Positions 37,030-46,481 of a DNA stretch of 64,000 nt are shown piece after piece. The DNA lies in NCBI GenBank assembly GCA_937927725.1, contig CALBSE010000011.1, positions 16,836-80,835 on the forward strand. The letters run 5' to 3'. Source of the stretch: an uncultured Actinomycetes bacterium (GTDB lineage: Bacteria; Actinomycetota; Acidimicrobiia; Acidimicrobiales; Acidimicrobilacustridaceae). The notes under the pieces are model-generated. The model was not told the DNA's origin, made no database searches, and saw only the letters and a list, made by a program, of their open reading frames with translations. Made by a program: the position numbers and the translations under genes. Each line of letters starts with the position of its first letter. The first letter of the stretch is position 1.

Positions 37030-38130
37030 TCAGTTTCGGATCGGCATCAACAAGTACAAGAAATCTTCGCTCTCGTTGCCGCGGATAAGTACCGGACTTG
37101 TTGGTCGCGCAATTTCGATCGTGATTTCGTCAGAAGGTGCAGCTTCAATGCCGGCCCGGAGATATTCGGGGTTGAACGAGATTTCGAGTTCTTCGCCAAC
37201 GTGACGAGCATCAATGACCTCGTCCGCCTTACCAACATCGAAACTTTCTGCGATGAGTTCCACAGAATCGTTCTTGATGTCGAGACGAATCTTGGTGTTT
37301 TCCTTCGAAAGCAACCCAACTCGTTTCAGTGCTTCGAGGAACGTTTCGCGTTCGATCGTGAGTCGGTTCGGATGCGAATCGGCCGACTTCGGAAGGAGAT
37401 TTTCGTAGTCGGGGAAACTTCCATCGAGAAGTTGGCTCACAAGACGGACGCCATCGACCTCAAACGAAACGTGACGTTCAGCGAGGCGAATCGTGACGTT
37501 CTCAGCGGTCGTGAGAAGTCGGTTGAGTTCTTTCAGTGCTGACGAAGGAACCAGAACCTTCTGACCTTCGGTAAGAATCGATGTGCCTGGAAGGTCACGG
37601 ATGGCCAAGCGGTATGTATCGGTCGCGACTAAACGAATACCCGTTCCGTGAGCGGCGATCGAAACACCCGTGAGTTCAAACTTGCGGGACTCGTCAGTGC
37701 TCGCAGCAGACACCACCTGCGAGATGGCATCGCGTAGAAGTGCGGCGTCGATCGTGACCGCAGATTCGGGGGTTTCGGGCATTGGCGGGTAATCAACCGC
37801 AATGGTCTTCACTGCGAACTGCGAACGCCCGGATCCGATGCGAACCTCGTTGTCGTCGGCCTCGAAGGTGACCGCTCCTTCAGGGAGATTGCGAACAATC
37901 TCGGTGAGAAGTTTTGAAGGGACCAAAACAGTGCCATCGCGAGAACCAGAGACAGAAGCGGTTGCAATGATCGTGAGATCGAGATCACTTCCGGTGACCT
38001 GAAGTTGATCGCCAACCAACACGAGGTTGAGACCCAGAAGGGCCTGGCGACCTGAGCTGCGTGTCGTGACACCACGAGACGCTACGGAGATGGCTTCGAC
38101 GAGTGGATCTCGCTCACAACGGAACTTCAC
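37030..38130 (-). CDS. dnaN: DNA polymerase III beta clamp
   Basis: GSDLD, VATDTYRLA, FPDY, FNPEYL and YLLMPIR. Confidence 0.97.
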   Translation of the reverse strand: MKFRCERDPLVEAISVASRGVTTRSSGRQALLGLNLVLVGDQLQVTGSDLDLTIIATASVSGSRDGTVLVPSKLLTEIVRNLPEGAVTFEADDNEVRIGSGRSQFAVKTIAVDYPPMPETPESAVTIDAALLRDAISQVVSAASTDESRKFELTGVSIAAHGTGIRLVATDTYRLAIRDLPGTSILTEGQKVLVPSSALKELNRLLTTAENVTIRLAERHVSFEVDGVRLVSQLLDGSFPDYENLLPKSADSHPNRLTIERETFLEALKRVGLLSKENTKIRLDIKNDSVELIAESFDVGKADEVIDARHVGEELEISFNPEYLRAGIEAAPSDEITIEIARPTSPVLIRGNESEDFLYLLMPIRN

Positions 38131-38160
38131 GTCGGCTCACTTTCCTGACAGATGGTCTTG

Positions 38161-38387
38161 CTTGTTGTAGTTGTAAAAAAGAATGAGAAATTGGTAGTAG
38201 TTGTAATAAGGGTTGTGGATTGTGGACAACGCGGCATAGTTCCAGCGTGATGCTGTTTTTGTTGTCCCTGTGTCATCCACAGTGATCCACAGTTTGAACG
38301 GTGGGAGTGACAGCGCGGGGGATCACCCACAAGTCGTCCACTTTTCATGCAGTACCGCGCGCGCCGTGGTCCACCGGGTTGTCCACC
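38161..38387. other. oriC: Replication origin oriC (dnaA-dnaN intergenic)
   Basis: AT-rich tract, DnaA-trios 38192-38209, boxes at 38214, 38221, 38273, 38283, 38323, 38334, 38367 and 38379. Confidence 0.9.
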
Positions 38388-38449
38388 GCGCGAGCGTTCG
38401 AAACTGCGCGCGGACGTTCGGCTCAAGTGGTGGTTGAGGGTCACGGGCG

Positions 38450-39856
38450 TCAGCTGTTTCTGATTCGCTGGGTGAGCTCAGTGACCTGGTCATAAATCTG
38501 GCGGCGCTCTTTCATAAGGCCGCTGATTTTCTCGACCGCGTGAATCACCGTGGTGTGATCACGGCCGCCGAACTCTCGGGCTATGGCTGGATAACTGAGG
38601 TCGGTCATCTCTCGCATGACGTACATGCCGATCTGCCGAGCGGTGACCAATGGTCGACGGCGGCTTTGCCCGCGAATTTCATCGATTGTGAAATCAAACA
38701 TTTCCGAGGTCTTCTCGAGAATGAGCGCCGGTGTAATAGGACGAGGTTGGGTGTTGGTGAGGATGTCACTGAGGACTCCCTCGGCCAACTCCACCGTGAG
38801 CGGGTTCCCCGTGAGGCTGGCAAACGCGCAGACACGAATGAGGGCGCCTTCGAGTTCACGGATGTTGTTCGTGATATTCGAGGCAATGAACTCGAGGACG
38901 TCGGCTGGCGGAGCGATGGGTTCGCGCTCGGCCTTCTTGCGAAGAATTGCGAGGCGGGTCTCGAGTTCCGGTGGGTTGATCTCAGTGATGAGGCCCATCT
39001 TGAAACGGCTCCGGAGCCGATCTTCGAGAGTAGAAATGGCATCTGGCGGGCGATCGGAGGAAAGCACGATCTGCGCGTTGGCCTGGTAAAGCGATTCGAA
39101 CGTGTGGAAAAGCTCCTCTTGGAGACCTTCCTTGCCTTCGATGATCTGAATATCGTCGAGGAGGAGCACATCGATTTCTCGGTAGCGCTTTTTGAACTCC
39201 GGCATCGTGTTCTGGCGAATCGCGTCGACGTATTGATTGAGGAATTGCTCGGTCGAGACGTAACGAACCTGATGGCCCGGGTAGATCTCGCGGACGTAAT
39301 TGGCGATGGCTTGGAGAAGGTGGGTTTTGCCCAGCCCTGCGTCGCCATAGATAAAGAGTGGGTTGTAGGACTTCGCCGGAGTCTCGGCCACGCTGAGGGC
39401 GGCGGCGTGGGCGAAGCGATTTGAGGTGCCGGTGACGAATGCGTCGAAGGTGTAGCGAGGATTGACGGGTAACCCCAGTTCCTGCTCCGGCGCCAGGGTT
39501 GTCCCCAGATTCGCAGGAGTTTTCAACAGATTCTGGGAATCAGTAGGGAAATCTGTGGAATTCTCTGTGGAAGGGCTTGGGGAGAAGTTGGCAGAGGCGG
39601 GGGCGACGTCGGTCTGAACCTCGATAGAGAGACGGACACCACTTTGCCCAATATCGGCGAGCGCGCCATTAACCAGGGTGAAGTAGCGGGTTTCGATCCG
39701 CTCCTTCACCACAGAACTGGGCACAGCGACCGAAAGCGTTGTCCCGTCGAGACCGAGGGGGGTCACCATTGAAAACGTCGTGAGCCACACGGCCTCGGAC
39801 ACCTGCTCGCGCAGCGCGACCGTGCACGTCGTCCACAACTGTTCGGCTTGGTCCAC
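38450..39856 (-). CDS. dnaA: Chromosomal replication initiator (start codon approximate)
   Basis: NPLFIYGDAGLGKTHLL, LLLDDIQ and FGGRDHTTV; GTG 39856 or 39862. Confidence 0.97.
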   Translation of the reverse strand: MDQAEQLWTTCTVALREQVSEAVWLTTFSMVTPLGLDGTTLSVAVPSSVVKERIETRYFTLVNGALADIGQSGVRLSIEVQTDVAPASANFSPSPSTENSTDFPTDSQNLLKTPANLGTTLAPEQELGLPVNPRYTFDAFVTGTSNRFAHAAALSVAETPAKSYNPLFIYGDAGLGKTHLLQAIANYVREIYPGHQVRYVSTEQFLNQYVDAIRQNTMPEFKKRYREIDVLLLDDIQIIEGKEGLQEELFHTFESLYQANAQIVLSSDRPPDAISTLEDRLRSRFKMGLITEINPPELETRLAILRKKAEREPIAPPADVLEFIASNITNNIRELEGALIRVCAFASLTGNPLTVELAEGVLSDILTNTQPRPITPALILEKTSEMFDFTIDEIRGQSRRRPLVTARQIGMYVMREMTDLSYPAIAREFGGRDHTTVIHAVEKISGLMKERRQIYDQVTELTQRIRNS

Positions 39857-39884
39857 CTGCACGACGGCCCCTGACAATGGGTTT

Positions 39885-39960
39885 GGTTCCACAACAACGT
39901 CCACACTTGTGGAAAACCCGACGTCTGTCCACACGGAGTGGTCCGCCTCAGTTCTGCACA
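39885..39960. promoter_or_regulatory. DnaA-box cluster upstream of dnaA
   Basis: GGTTCCACA 39885, ACGTCCACA 39897, TGTGGAAAA 39908, CTGTCCACA 39925, TTCTGCACA 39952. Confidence 0.8.
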
Positions 39961-40192
39961 GGTATGCCCCGCTCACGAGCGCCGCTACCGAGGCCCTGTG
40001 GACGGGCGGAGGACGGTAGCACCTCACTGATGTTGCTGCATCCGGCCTCCACCCTCTAGCGTTGTCACCCGAACAGGTGTCGGGCTCCTTGCGCACGCGT
40101 CAGGCCGGGCCCGTTTCCACACCACAACCGTTGTCTATTGAAGCAACGATCTGTGGACCCCTTCTGGGTTCATCAGGTCGCGGAGGCCCCTC

Positions 40193-40327
40193 GTGAAGCG
40201 TACTTTTCAGCCCAATAACCGCCGCCGAGCGAAGAAGCATGGCTTCCGTTCCCGCATGTCCACTCGCGCTGGACGCAACGTTCTGCGGTCGCGCCGGCTC
40301 AAGGGCCGTCGACGTCTGTCGGCCTGA
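40193..40327 (+). CDS. rpmH: 50S ribosomal protein L34 (absent from the ORF track, 44 aa)
   Basis: Translates as [44 protein letters not shown]; RBS GGAGG. Confidence 0.97.
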   Translation: MKRTFQPNNRRRAKKHGFRSRMSTRAGRNVLRSRRLKGRRRLSA

Positions 40328-40677
40328 TCTGGCGAGTACGTGACCGCCGCACGTTCCAAGAACTGCGGCGTCGCGGCCGTCGGGTCCGTAGTGGCACCGT
40401 GTCGGTGACCATGTTGGCTCCATCACCATTAACCGGCGACGAGCCGCCGCGCGTCGCGTTCGCAGTGTCCCGCAAGGTCGGAACTGCGGTGGTTCGGAAT
40501 CGTCTTCGCCGCCAAATACGCGCCTATTTGGGCGAGATCCGCGCGGGAGATTCCACCAGATTTCCCTCAGGTGCTTGGCTTTTTGCGATCCAGCCCAGTG
40601 CCGCCGATGCAAGTCGTGAGGACCTGTTGCGAGATGTGGACAGCTGTCTCGATCGACTTGTAGGTACGTCCCGATGA
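40324..40677 (+). CDS. rnpA: RNase P protein component (probable CTG start)
   Basis: [41 protein letters not shown]. Confidence 0.88.
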   Translation: MIWRVRDRRTFQELRRRGRRVRSGTVSVTMLAPSPLTGDEPPRVAFAVSRKVGTAVVRNRLRRQIRAYLGEIRAGDSTRFPSGAWLFAIQPSAADASREDLLRDVDSCLDRLVGTSR

Positions 40678-40964
40678 GCACAGCGTGTCGGCACGATCAC
40701 GATTCTTTGCCGGCATCTGACCCGGCGCGTCGCCTTTCCATTCCTGCGCGTCTGACGACATGGTGTGTGCGCGGCTATCAATGGTTGTTTGCCGGCAGGG
40801 TTTCTCCCTGCCGTTATGTCCCCTCCTGTTCGTCCTACGCCCTTGAAGCATTCGAGGTGCATGGGTTCGTGCGGGGCTCCTGGTTGTCGATTCGACGACT
40901 GGGCCGGTGCCATCCTTGGGGTGGATCCGGATGGGATCCCGTTCCCGATAGGAAGGCCGCCTAG
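40674..40964 (+). CDS. yidD: Membrane protein insertion efficiency factor
   Basis: [10 protein letters not shown] and [14 protein letters not shown]. Confidence 0.95.
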   Translation: MSTACRHDHDSLPASDPARRLSIPARLTTWCVRGYQWLFAGRVSPCRYVPSCSSYALEAFEVHGFVRGSWLSIRRLGRCHPWGGSGWDPVPDRKAA

Positions 40965-40967
40965 TCA

Positions 40968-42149
40968 ATGGAAGCGTTTTTTAAAGCCTTCGCGTCAGTG
41001 TTGGCGTTCTTCTACGACATCACCGGGAACTACGCCGTTGCCATCATCCTGCTGACGCTGGTCGTGATGATCATCGTTACGCCGCTGACCCTCAAGGGCA
41101 CGCGCTCGATGATGGTGATGCAGCAACTCCAGCCGGAAATGAAGAAGATTCAGACCCGGTACAAAGACGATCGACAGAAGCTCAACGAAGAACTTCTGAA
41201 GTTTTATAAGGAAAACAGCATTAATCCACTTGGTGGCTGTTTGCCCCTGTTGGTCCAGATGCCCGTTTTCCTCGTGCTGTACCAGGTGCTTCGGGGCCTC
41301 ACGCGTCGAGTAAGCGACCTGGGTGCAGATGTTGGTTGGGTCGCGAACCAGTTCGGTCTCGGAAACACCCCAACGAAAGCGCCATCATTCGAACGTGTGT
41401 TCGATCCCGCATGGATCAACCCGTCGACGAAGATGTACCAAAACCTCTCAACCTCCTACCAGATGGAGGCCTTTGGCCTTGATCTTTCGGAGAGTGCGAG
41501 CAAAGCAATGCAGCAGGGCATCGGACATGCACTGCCGTTCTTCGTTCTGATCGCGATTGTGGCCGTGAGTGGCTTTATTCAGCAGCGACAGATGCAGGGA
41601 CGTAACCCCGGAGCGCAGACCAATAACCAGCAACAGATGATCATGAAGATCATGCCGTTCTTCTTGCCGGTGATTTCGTTTGGATTGCCCGCCGGTCTTG
41701 TCCTTTACTTCGCGGTGTCAAACCTCTACCGAATCGGTCAGCAGGCGTTTATCTCGAAGAGCATCTACGGCGTTAGTGCCCCCGATGGCACCAAGTCCTG
41801 GAAGCATCTCTTTGGTTTCGGTGTGCAGCCCAAGGCCGCCCCGAAGGCCAAGAAGTCAGGGTCGAAGTCGATCAGCGCAACCTCACGCCCGGCAAAGAAT
41901 GCCGGAGCTAAGGGCGGCGCCGCGAAGAACTCGACCAAGGCACCAGCCAAGGCTGGCGCCTCCAAGGGCGGCCGGACCACCGGTCGCACCACCACCAGTT
42001 CCCGAGACACCAAGGGCAGCGATTCTTCCAAGGGACCCGATAAGGGTTCGGATCGCGCAACGTCGACACCGTCGACCCCCTCGTCCGACGCCGGCGATGC
42101 ATCACCGTCGCAGCCGTTGCAGCCTCGGGTGCGCAAAAAGAAGAGGTAA
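40968..42149 (+). CDS. yidC: Membrane protein insertase with long basic tail
   Basis: LQPEMKKIQ, NPLGGCLPLLVQMP and PAGLVLYF. Confidence 0.95.
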   Translation: MEAFFKAFASVLAFFYDITGNYAVAIILLTLVVMIIVTPLTLKGTRSMMVMQQLQPEMKKIQTRYKDDRQKLNEELLKFYKENSINPLGGCLPLLVQMPVFLVLYQVLRGLTRRVSDLGADVGWVANQFGLGNTPTKAPSFERVFDPAWINPSTKMYQNLSTSYQMEAFGLDLSESASKAMQQGIGHALPFFVLIAIVAVSGFIQQRQMQGRNPGAQTNNQQQMIMKIMPFFLPVISFGLPAGLVLYFAVSNLYRIGQQAFISKSIYGVSAPDGTKSWKHLFGFGVQPKAAPKAKKSGSKSISATSRPAKNAGAKGGAAKNSTKAPAKAGASKGGRTTGRTTTSSRDTKGSDSSKGPDKGSDRATSTPSTPSSDAGDASPSQPLQPRVRKKKR

Positions 42150-42155
42150 CACCAC

Positions 42156-43007
42156 ATGGAGTGGGTGGAAATCACTGGCCGCACCGTTGAAGAAGCGAAA
42201 GACGCGGCACTTGATCAACTGGGCGTCGACACTGTCGATGCTGAATTTGAAATCCTCGAAGAACCCTCTCGAGGTCTCTTTGGGAAAATGAAGGGCCAAG
42301 CTCGAGTTCGCGCTCGTATTGCTCCGACCAGTCCCCGACCGAAGGTCGAACGACGCGATCGTCGGAAGAAGGGCAGTGGCAACGGTGGCGGACGCAAGCA
42401 GTCGCAGCGTCCCGCAACCCCAGCCACTGATGCAGCACCGGCAGCACCAGCATCCAATGGCAAACGCCCTGACCGCCACCGTGGTGGTCAGAAGGCTGCG
42501 CCCACCGAGAAGGAAAACACCACCGTGACTGACACTGTTGACGTCGATCTGGCCGAGCACACCCGCATCGTCACCGAGTTCCTTGATGGTCTCGTCGATG
42601 CCTTTGATCTGGAAGGCCGCGTCGAAGCGGTGTCGATTGATGACGAGACCAGCGAAGTTCGCGTCGAAGGTCGTGATCTCGGAATCCTGGTCGGACCGAA
42701 GGGAAACACCCTTGCGGCGATCCAGGAACTTTCCCGCACGGTGATCCACCGCAAGGTGTCTGGCACTGCTGCTGGCCGAGTTCGCCTCGACGTGGCGGGC
42801 TACCGCCAGCGCCGCCGTGAGGCCCTCGAGCGCTTCACTCAGGGCGTGGCCGAGGAAGTTCGTTCCTCTGGCATCCAGAAGGCTCTCGAGCCCATGGGAT
42901 CAGCCGACCGCAAAGTCGTGCACGATACCGTTAATGCGCTCGATGGCGTGTCGACCATTTCTGAAGGCGATGAGCCCCGTCGCCGTGTGGTGATCATTCC
43001 TTCCTGA
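42156..43007 (+). CDS. jag: Jag/KhpB (EloR) RNA-binding protein
   Basis: GRTVEEA, KH motif GILVGPKG and R3H motif RKVVH...SEG.EP.R. Confidence 0.93.
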   Translation: MEWVEITGRTVEEAKDAALDQLGVDTVDAEFEILEEPSRGLFGKMKGQARVRARIAPTSPRPKVERRDRRKKGSGNGGGRKQSQRPATPATDAAPAAPASNGKRPDRHRGGQKAAPTEKENTTVTDTVDVDLAEHTRIVTEFLDGLVDAFDLEGRVEAVSIDDETSEVRVEGRDLGILVGPKGNTLAAIQELSRTVIHRKVSGTAAGRVRLDVAGYRQRRREALERFTQGVAEEVRSSGIQKALEPMGSADRKVVHDTVNALDGVSTISEGDEPRRRVVIIPS

Positions 43008-43027
43008 TCACCACCATCGTTTGTTCG

Positions 43028-43063
43028 AATGGCCCCGCCTTGTGCGGGGCCATTGTTGTTTTT
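43028..43063 (+). terminator. Intrinsic terminator after jag
   Basis: AATGGCCCCGC-cttgt-GCGGGGCCATT followed by GTTGTTTTT. Confidence 0.8.
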
Positions 43064-43128
43064 GGTCCCGGGGGAGACCTGCGGGCCTCATGCCTGACAC
43101 CCCCAGGTGAGGATGCGACAATGACTGG

Positions 43129-43740
43129 GTGCAACCCTCTCCCCCATTGCTTGAGGTCCTTGAACGAGCTCGTCGCCTTGGCGTTCTGGGTCCCGGTCCC
43201 GTTCTCGACCATGTCGACCACGCGGAAGGGTTCATTTCTTCGATCGCCGAGCTTCCCGATGGCTCGATGCTCATCGACTTGGGCTCGGGCGGCGGTGTCC
43301 CTGGGTTAGTGATTGCCGAGGCTCGACCCGACCTCAGGGTCGTGCTGCTTGATTCGCTTGAACGGCGGGTAGCGCTGCTGGCGGAGGCGGTTGTGGCCAT
43401 GGGGTGGCAGGGACGGGTCGTGGCGGAACTCGCCCGAGCCGAGGACACTGGTCGATCTGCCTTGTGGCGGGGTCAGGCTGACGCGGTGACCGCCCGATCT
43501 TTTGGTCCCCCGGCGACGGTCGCGGAATGTGCTGCTCCGCTGTTGCGGGTCGACGGGATCCTCGTTGTGAGTGAGCCGCCGGAAGAAACTGACCGTTGGC
43601 CTACCGACGGCTTGGCACCGCTTGGATTGGTTGATGAGGGAGTTCCGGCGCCAGGTATGCGGCGTCTTCGCCAAGCCACTTTGTGCCCCGAGGCCTACCC
43701 TCGCCGCGTCGGGATGCCCGCGAAGCGACCATTGTTCTGA
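43129..43740 (+). CDS. rsmG: 16S rRNA m7G527 methyltransferase
   Basis: IDLGSGGGVPG, RAED and VTARSF; located upstream of parA. Confidence 0.92.
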   Translation: MQPSPPLLEVLERARRLGVLGPGPVLDHVDHAEGFISSIAELPDGSMLIDLGSGGGVPGLVIAEARPDLRVVLLDSLERRVALLAEAVVAMGWQGRVVAELARAEDTGRSALWRGQADAVTARSFGPPATVAECAAPLLRVDGILVVSEPPEETDRWPTDGLAPLGLVDEGVPAPGMRRLRQATLCPEAYPRRVGMPAKRPLF

Positions 43741-43760
43741 CTCCCCCGCCGGGCCGGTTG

Positions 43761-43776
43761 TGTTTCACGTGAAACG
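43761..43776. promoter_or_regulatory. parS: parS site 1
   Basis: TGTTTCACGTGAAACG, one mismatch to the consensus palindrome. Confidence 0.92.
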
Positions 43777-43808
43777 GAATCGGGAAGAGTTGAGGGATGG
43801 TCTTGCGC

Positions 43809-43824
43809 TGTTTCACGTGGAACA
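43809..43824. promoter_or_regulatory. parS: parS site 2
   Basis: TGTTTCACGTGGAACA. Confidence 0.92.
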
Positions 43825-43994
43825 TCCCGGTGATGTCGATGGTCAGGAGTGGTTCGTCACGCGGAAACGACAGGTAGGCAAAGCGAGTCCTTGACCCGGA
43901 CGGCCCGGGCGGGCAGGATGGCGATTGCTTCATCGCTCGCAGCGATCGTTGCCCTCCGACTGCGGTGTGTGCCGCCAAATTCGAGTTGGGACGC

Positions 43995-44891
43995 ATGGAA
44001 TCTGACGAAACTGGTAGCGCAACGGACGGGGGAGAGCACGGCGTGAAGATGCCGCCGAACATTTCCGCCGCCGAAGCGGTGGTTGAGGCGGCTCGCCCGA
44101 TCTCGGCTGAACGCCCGTTGCCCCGCGTTATTGCAGTGGCAAACCAAAAGGGTGGGGTGGGTAAGACCACGACCTCGATCAATTTGAGTGCCTGCCTCGC
44201 TGAGCTGGGCTATCGGACCCTTGTTGTCGATCTCGACCCTCAGGGCAACGCGTCAACGGGATTGGGCGTCGATATTCGGTCGCTTGAGTCCTCGATGTAC
44301 GACGTGATCCTCCACGACGTTCCCCTCGAGGACTGCATTGAAGGCACAGTGGTTCGCAACCTGTTCGTTGCCCCAGCCAGCCTCGACCTTGCTGGCGCTG
44401 AAATCGAACTCGTGCCGGCTTTCAGTCGTGAGATGCGCCTCAAGATGGCCATCGATTCAGTCAAGGACGATTACGACTTCGTTCTTATTGACTGTCCCCC
44501 GTCGCTGGGCCTCCTTACGGTGAATGCCATGGCCGCAGCCACCGAGGTTCTCGTCCCCATTCAGTGCGAATACTTCGCCCTGGAGGGCCTGACGCAGCTC
44601 ACCAAGAATGTGGCGCTCATCCAGAAGAGCCTGAATCCGGCACTCGAGATCAGCGCCATTGTGCTCGTGATGTACGCGCGCACCAATCTTTCCGATGGCG
44701 TGGTTGCTGATGTGCGTGAGCATTTCGGCGACAAGGTCTGTCAGGAAGTCGTTCCCCGTTCGGTTCGCCTTTCCGAGGCCCCCGGATTCGGACAACCAAT
44801 CATCACGTTTGATCCAAGTAGCCGGGGGGCAACTGCCTACCGGAAGTTGGCCAAGGAGGTCAGTGGTGGCACGCCGCAGCGGACTCGGTAA
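43995..44891 (+). CDS. parA: ParA/Soj ATPase (start uncertain)
   Basis: NQKGGVGKTT, DLDPQGNA, IDCPPSLG and LSEAP. Confidence 0.96.
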   Translation: MESDETGSATDGGEHGVKMPPNISAAEAVVEAARPISAERPLPRVIAVANQKGGVGKTTTSINLSACLAELGYRTLVVDLDPQGNASTGLGVDIRSLESSMYDVILHDVPLEDCIEGTVVRNLFVAPASLDLAGAEIELVPAFSREMRLKMAIDSVKDDYDFVLIDCPPSLGLLTVNAMAAATEVLVPIQCEYFALEGLTQLTKNVALIQKSLNPALEISAIVLVMYARTNLSDGVVADVREHFGDKVCQEVVPRSVRLSEAPGFGQPIITFDPSSRGATAYRKLAKEVSGGTPQRTR

Positions 44892-45765
44892 AGGTCTGGG
44901 ATCTCTCATCCCGACCACAGAACGACTGCAGGACAGCGATGCGATCCTGCGGGAACTCCCCATTTCGGAAATCGTGGCGAACACCTACCAGCCACGTAGC
45001 CATTTCGACGAGGAAGCACTCGTCAGCCTTTCGGCCTCGATTCGTTCCGTCGGTGTGCTCCAGCCCATTCTCGTTCGCGAGTTGGGGGAAGACTCCTACG
45101 AACTGATTGCAGGGGAGCGGCGCTGGCGTGCGGCCAAACGAGCCGGCCTGCAGACCATTCCCGCCATTGTTCGTACCGCCGAGGACGAAGGCTCGCTTGA
45201 ACAGGCCCTCGTCGAGAACCTCCACCGAGAAGACCTCGGTGCTCTCGAGGAAGCCGCGGCCTATCAGCAGCTCATCGAAGAGTTCAAGCTCACCCAAGAC
45301 CAGGTGGCGACCCGGGTTGGCAAGAGCCGCTCGGCCGTGGCCAACACCATGCGTCTTTTGCAGCTGCCCACCAGCATTCAGCGCCTGCTCGGTGAAGGCC
45401 AGTTATCGGCCGGCCATGCTCGTGCCCTGCTCGGAACCCCTGATCGGGCGTTCCAGGAGAAGCTGGCCAAGGCCATTGTTTCCGAGAAGCTCACGGTTCG
45501 CGAGGTTGAAGACCGCGTGCGTGAGCATGGGGGCACCCCAGAGCCCGAAACCGGTGAGTCGACGGCGCCGGGAACCAAGCCACCAACGATTGTTCGCCCA
45601 GCCCCGCTGCTTGAACTTGAAGAAATGCTTTCCGATCACCTTGATACTCGGGTTGCCGTTTCGATGGGTCAACGCAAGGGACGCATCGTGATCGACTTCT
45701 CAACCCTCGAGGACCTCGAGCGCGTCTACCGAGTCATCGTCGACGGCAAAGAGCCAATGGACTGA
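44866..45765 (+). CDS. parB: ParB/Spo0J
   Basis: GLGKGL, QPR, GERRWRAA and ENLHREDL; GTG 44866 with AAGGAGG RBS. Confidence 0.96.
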   Translation: MARRSGLGKGLGSLIPTTERLQDSDAILRELPISEIVANTYQPRSHFDEEALVSLSASIRSVGVLQPILVRELGEDSYELIAGERRWRAAKRAGLQTIPAIVRTAEDEGSLEQALVENLHREDLGALEEAAAYQQLIEEFKLTQDQVATRVGKSRSAVANTMRLLQLPTSIQRLLGEGQLSAGHARALLGTPDRAFQEKLAKAIVSEKLTVREVEDRVREHGGTPEPETGESTAPGTKPPTIVRPAPLLELEEMLSDHLDTRVAVSMGQRKGRIVIDFSTLEDLERVYRVIVDGKEPMD

Positions 45766-45878
45766 CAAACCTCCACCAAAACCTTTGGTAAAGGGTTCTG
45801 CACAGCCTGTGGATGAGGTTGTGGTCAACCACAAATGAACCATTTGGCACTGTTTGCGTTCTGGAATCTGAAAATGCA

Positions 45879-45906
45879 GAAGGCCCCGGTCGAAACCGGG
45901 GCCTTC
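45879..45906. terminator. Probable bidirectional terminator between parB and trxA
   Basis: GAAGGCCCCGGT-cgaa-ACCGGGGCCTTC with short T-tracts nearby on both strands. Confidence 0.8.
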
Positions 45907-45953
45907 GTCGTTTTTGCACCTGAGCGTCAACTGTTGTCGACGAGTGCCGTTCG

Positions 45954-46280
45954 TTAGATGAAGGGCTTGAAATCGTCGAGAAGCTGCGACTTGCCCTTGG
46001 CGCCCACGATACGAGCGGCCTCTTGGCCGTCCTTGAACACGATCATGGTCGGGATGCTCATGACGCCGAAGCGACGAGCGACATCGGGGTTGTCGTCCAC
46101 GTTGAGCTTGGCGATGGCCAGGCTGCCGGCCTGCTCGGAGGCGATCTCTTCAAGGATGGGAGCGACCATCTTGCACGGACCGCACCATTCGGCCCAGAAA
46201 TCAACGACGACGGGAACAGATGATGAGCCGATTTGCTCATCGAAGGTGGCGTCGGTGTAGGTGGCGATGTTTTCGGACAT
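45954..46280 (-). CDS. trxA: Thioredoxin
   Basis: WCGPC active site; SIPT. Confidence 0.97.
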   Translation of the reverse strand: MSENIATYTDATFDEQIGSSSVPVVVDFWAEWCGPCKMVAPILEEIASEQAGSLAIAKLNVDDNPDVARRFGVMSIPTMIVFKDGQEAARIVGAKGKSQLLDDFKPFI

Positions 46281-46339
46281 GGTTCCTCGTTCACGTCGTG
46301 GCCGGCGAGCGCCAGCTCTTTGGATGAGATCTGTTTCAA

Positions 46340-46355
46340 TCGAACAAACGTTCGA
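46340..46355. promoter_or_regulatory. LexA (SOS) box
   Basis: TCGAAC-AAAC-GTTCGA, perfect match to the actinobacterial TCGAAC-N4-GTTCGA consensus. Confidence 0.75.
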
Positions 46356-46423
46356 AAGTCGTGTTCACGATCGGAGCACTGCAGATCCTTGTGCAACGCC
46401 CGAAAGCATTGCGGTGATCATGA

Positions 46424-46453
46424 CAACGCTACCGCGGGGCGGTTTGATTCCCG
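46424..46453 (-). promoter_or_regulatory. Possible SigR/SigH-type promoter for trxA
   Basis: Minus strand CGGGAAT...CGTTG, i.e. GGAAT-N19-GTT. Confidence 0.4.
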
Positions 46454-46481
46454 AGCAGCCCGATCGGGGCCCAGACAAGGG

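Noticed and set aside
43852-43868. Third parS-like sequence (TTCGTCACGCGGAAAC)
   Set aside because: Too many mismatches in both arms.
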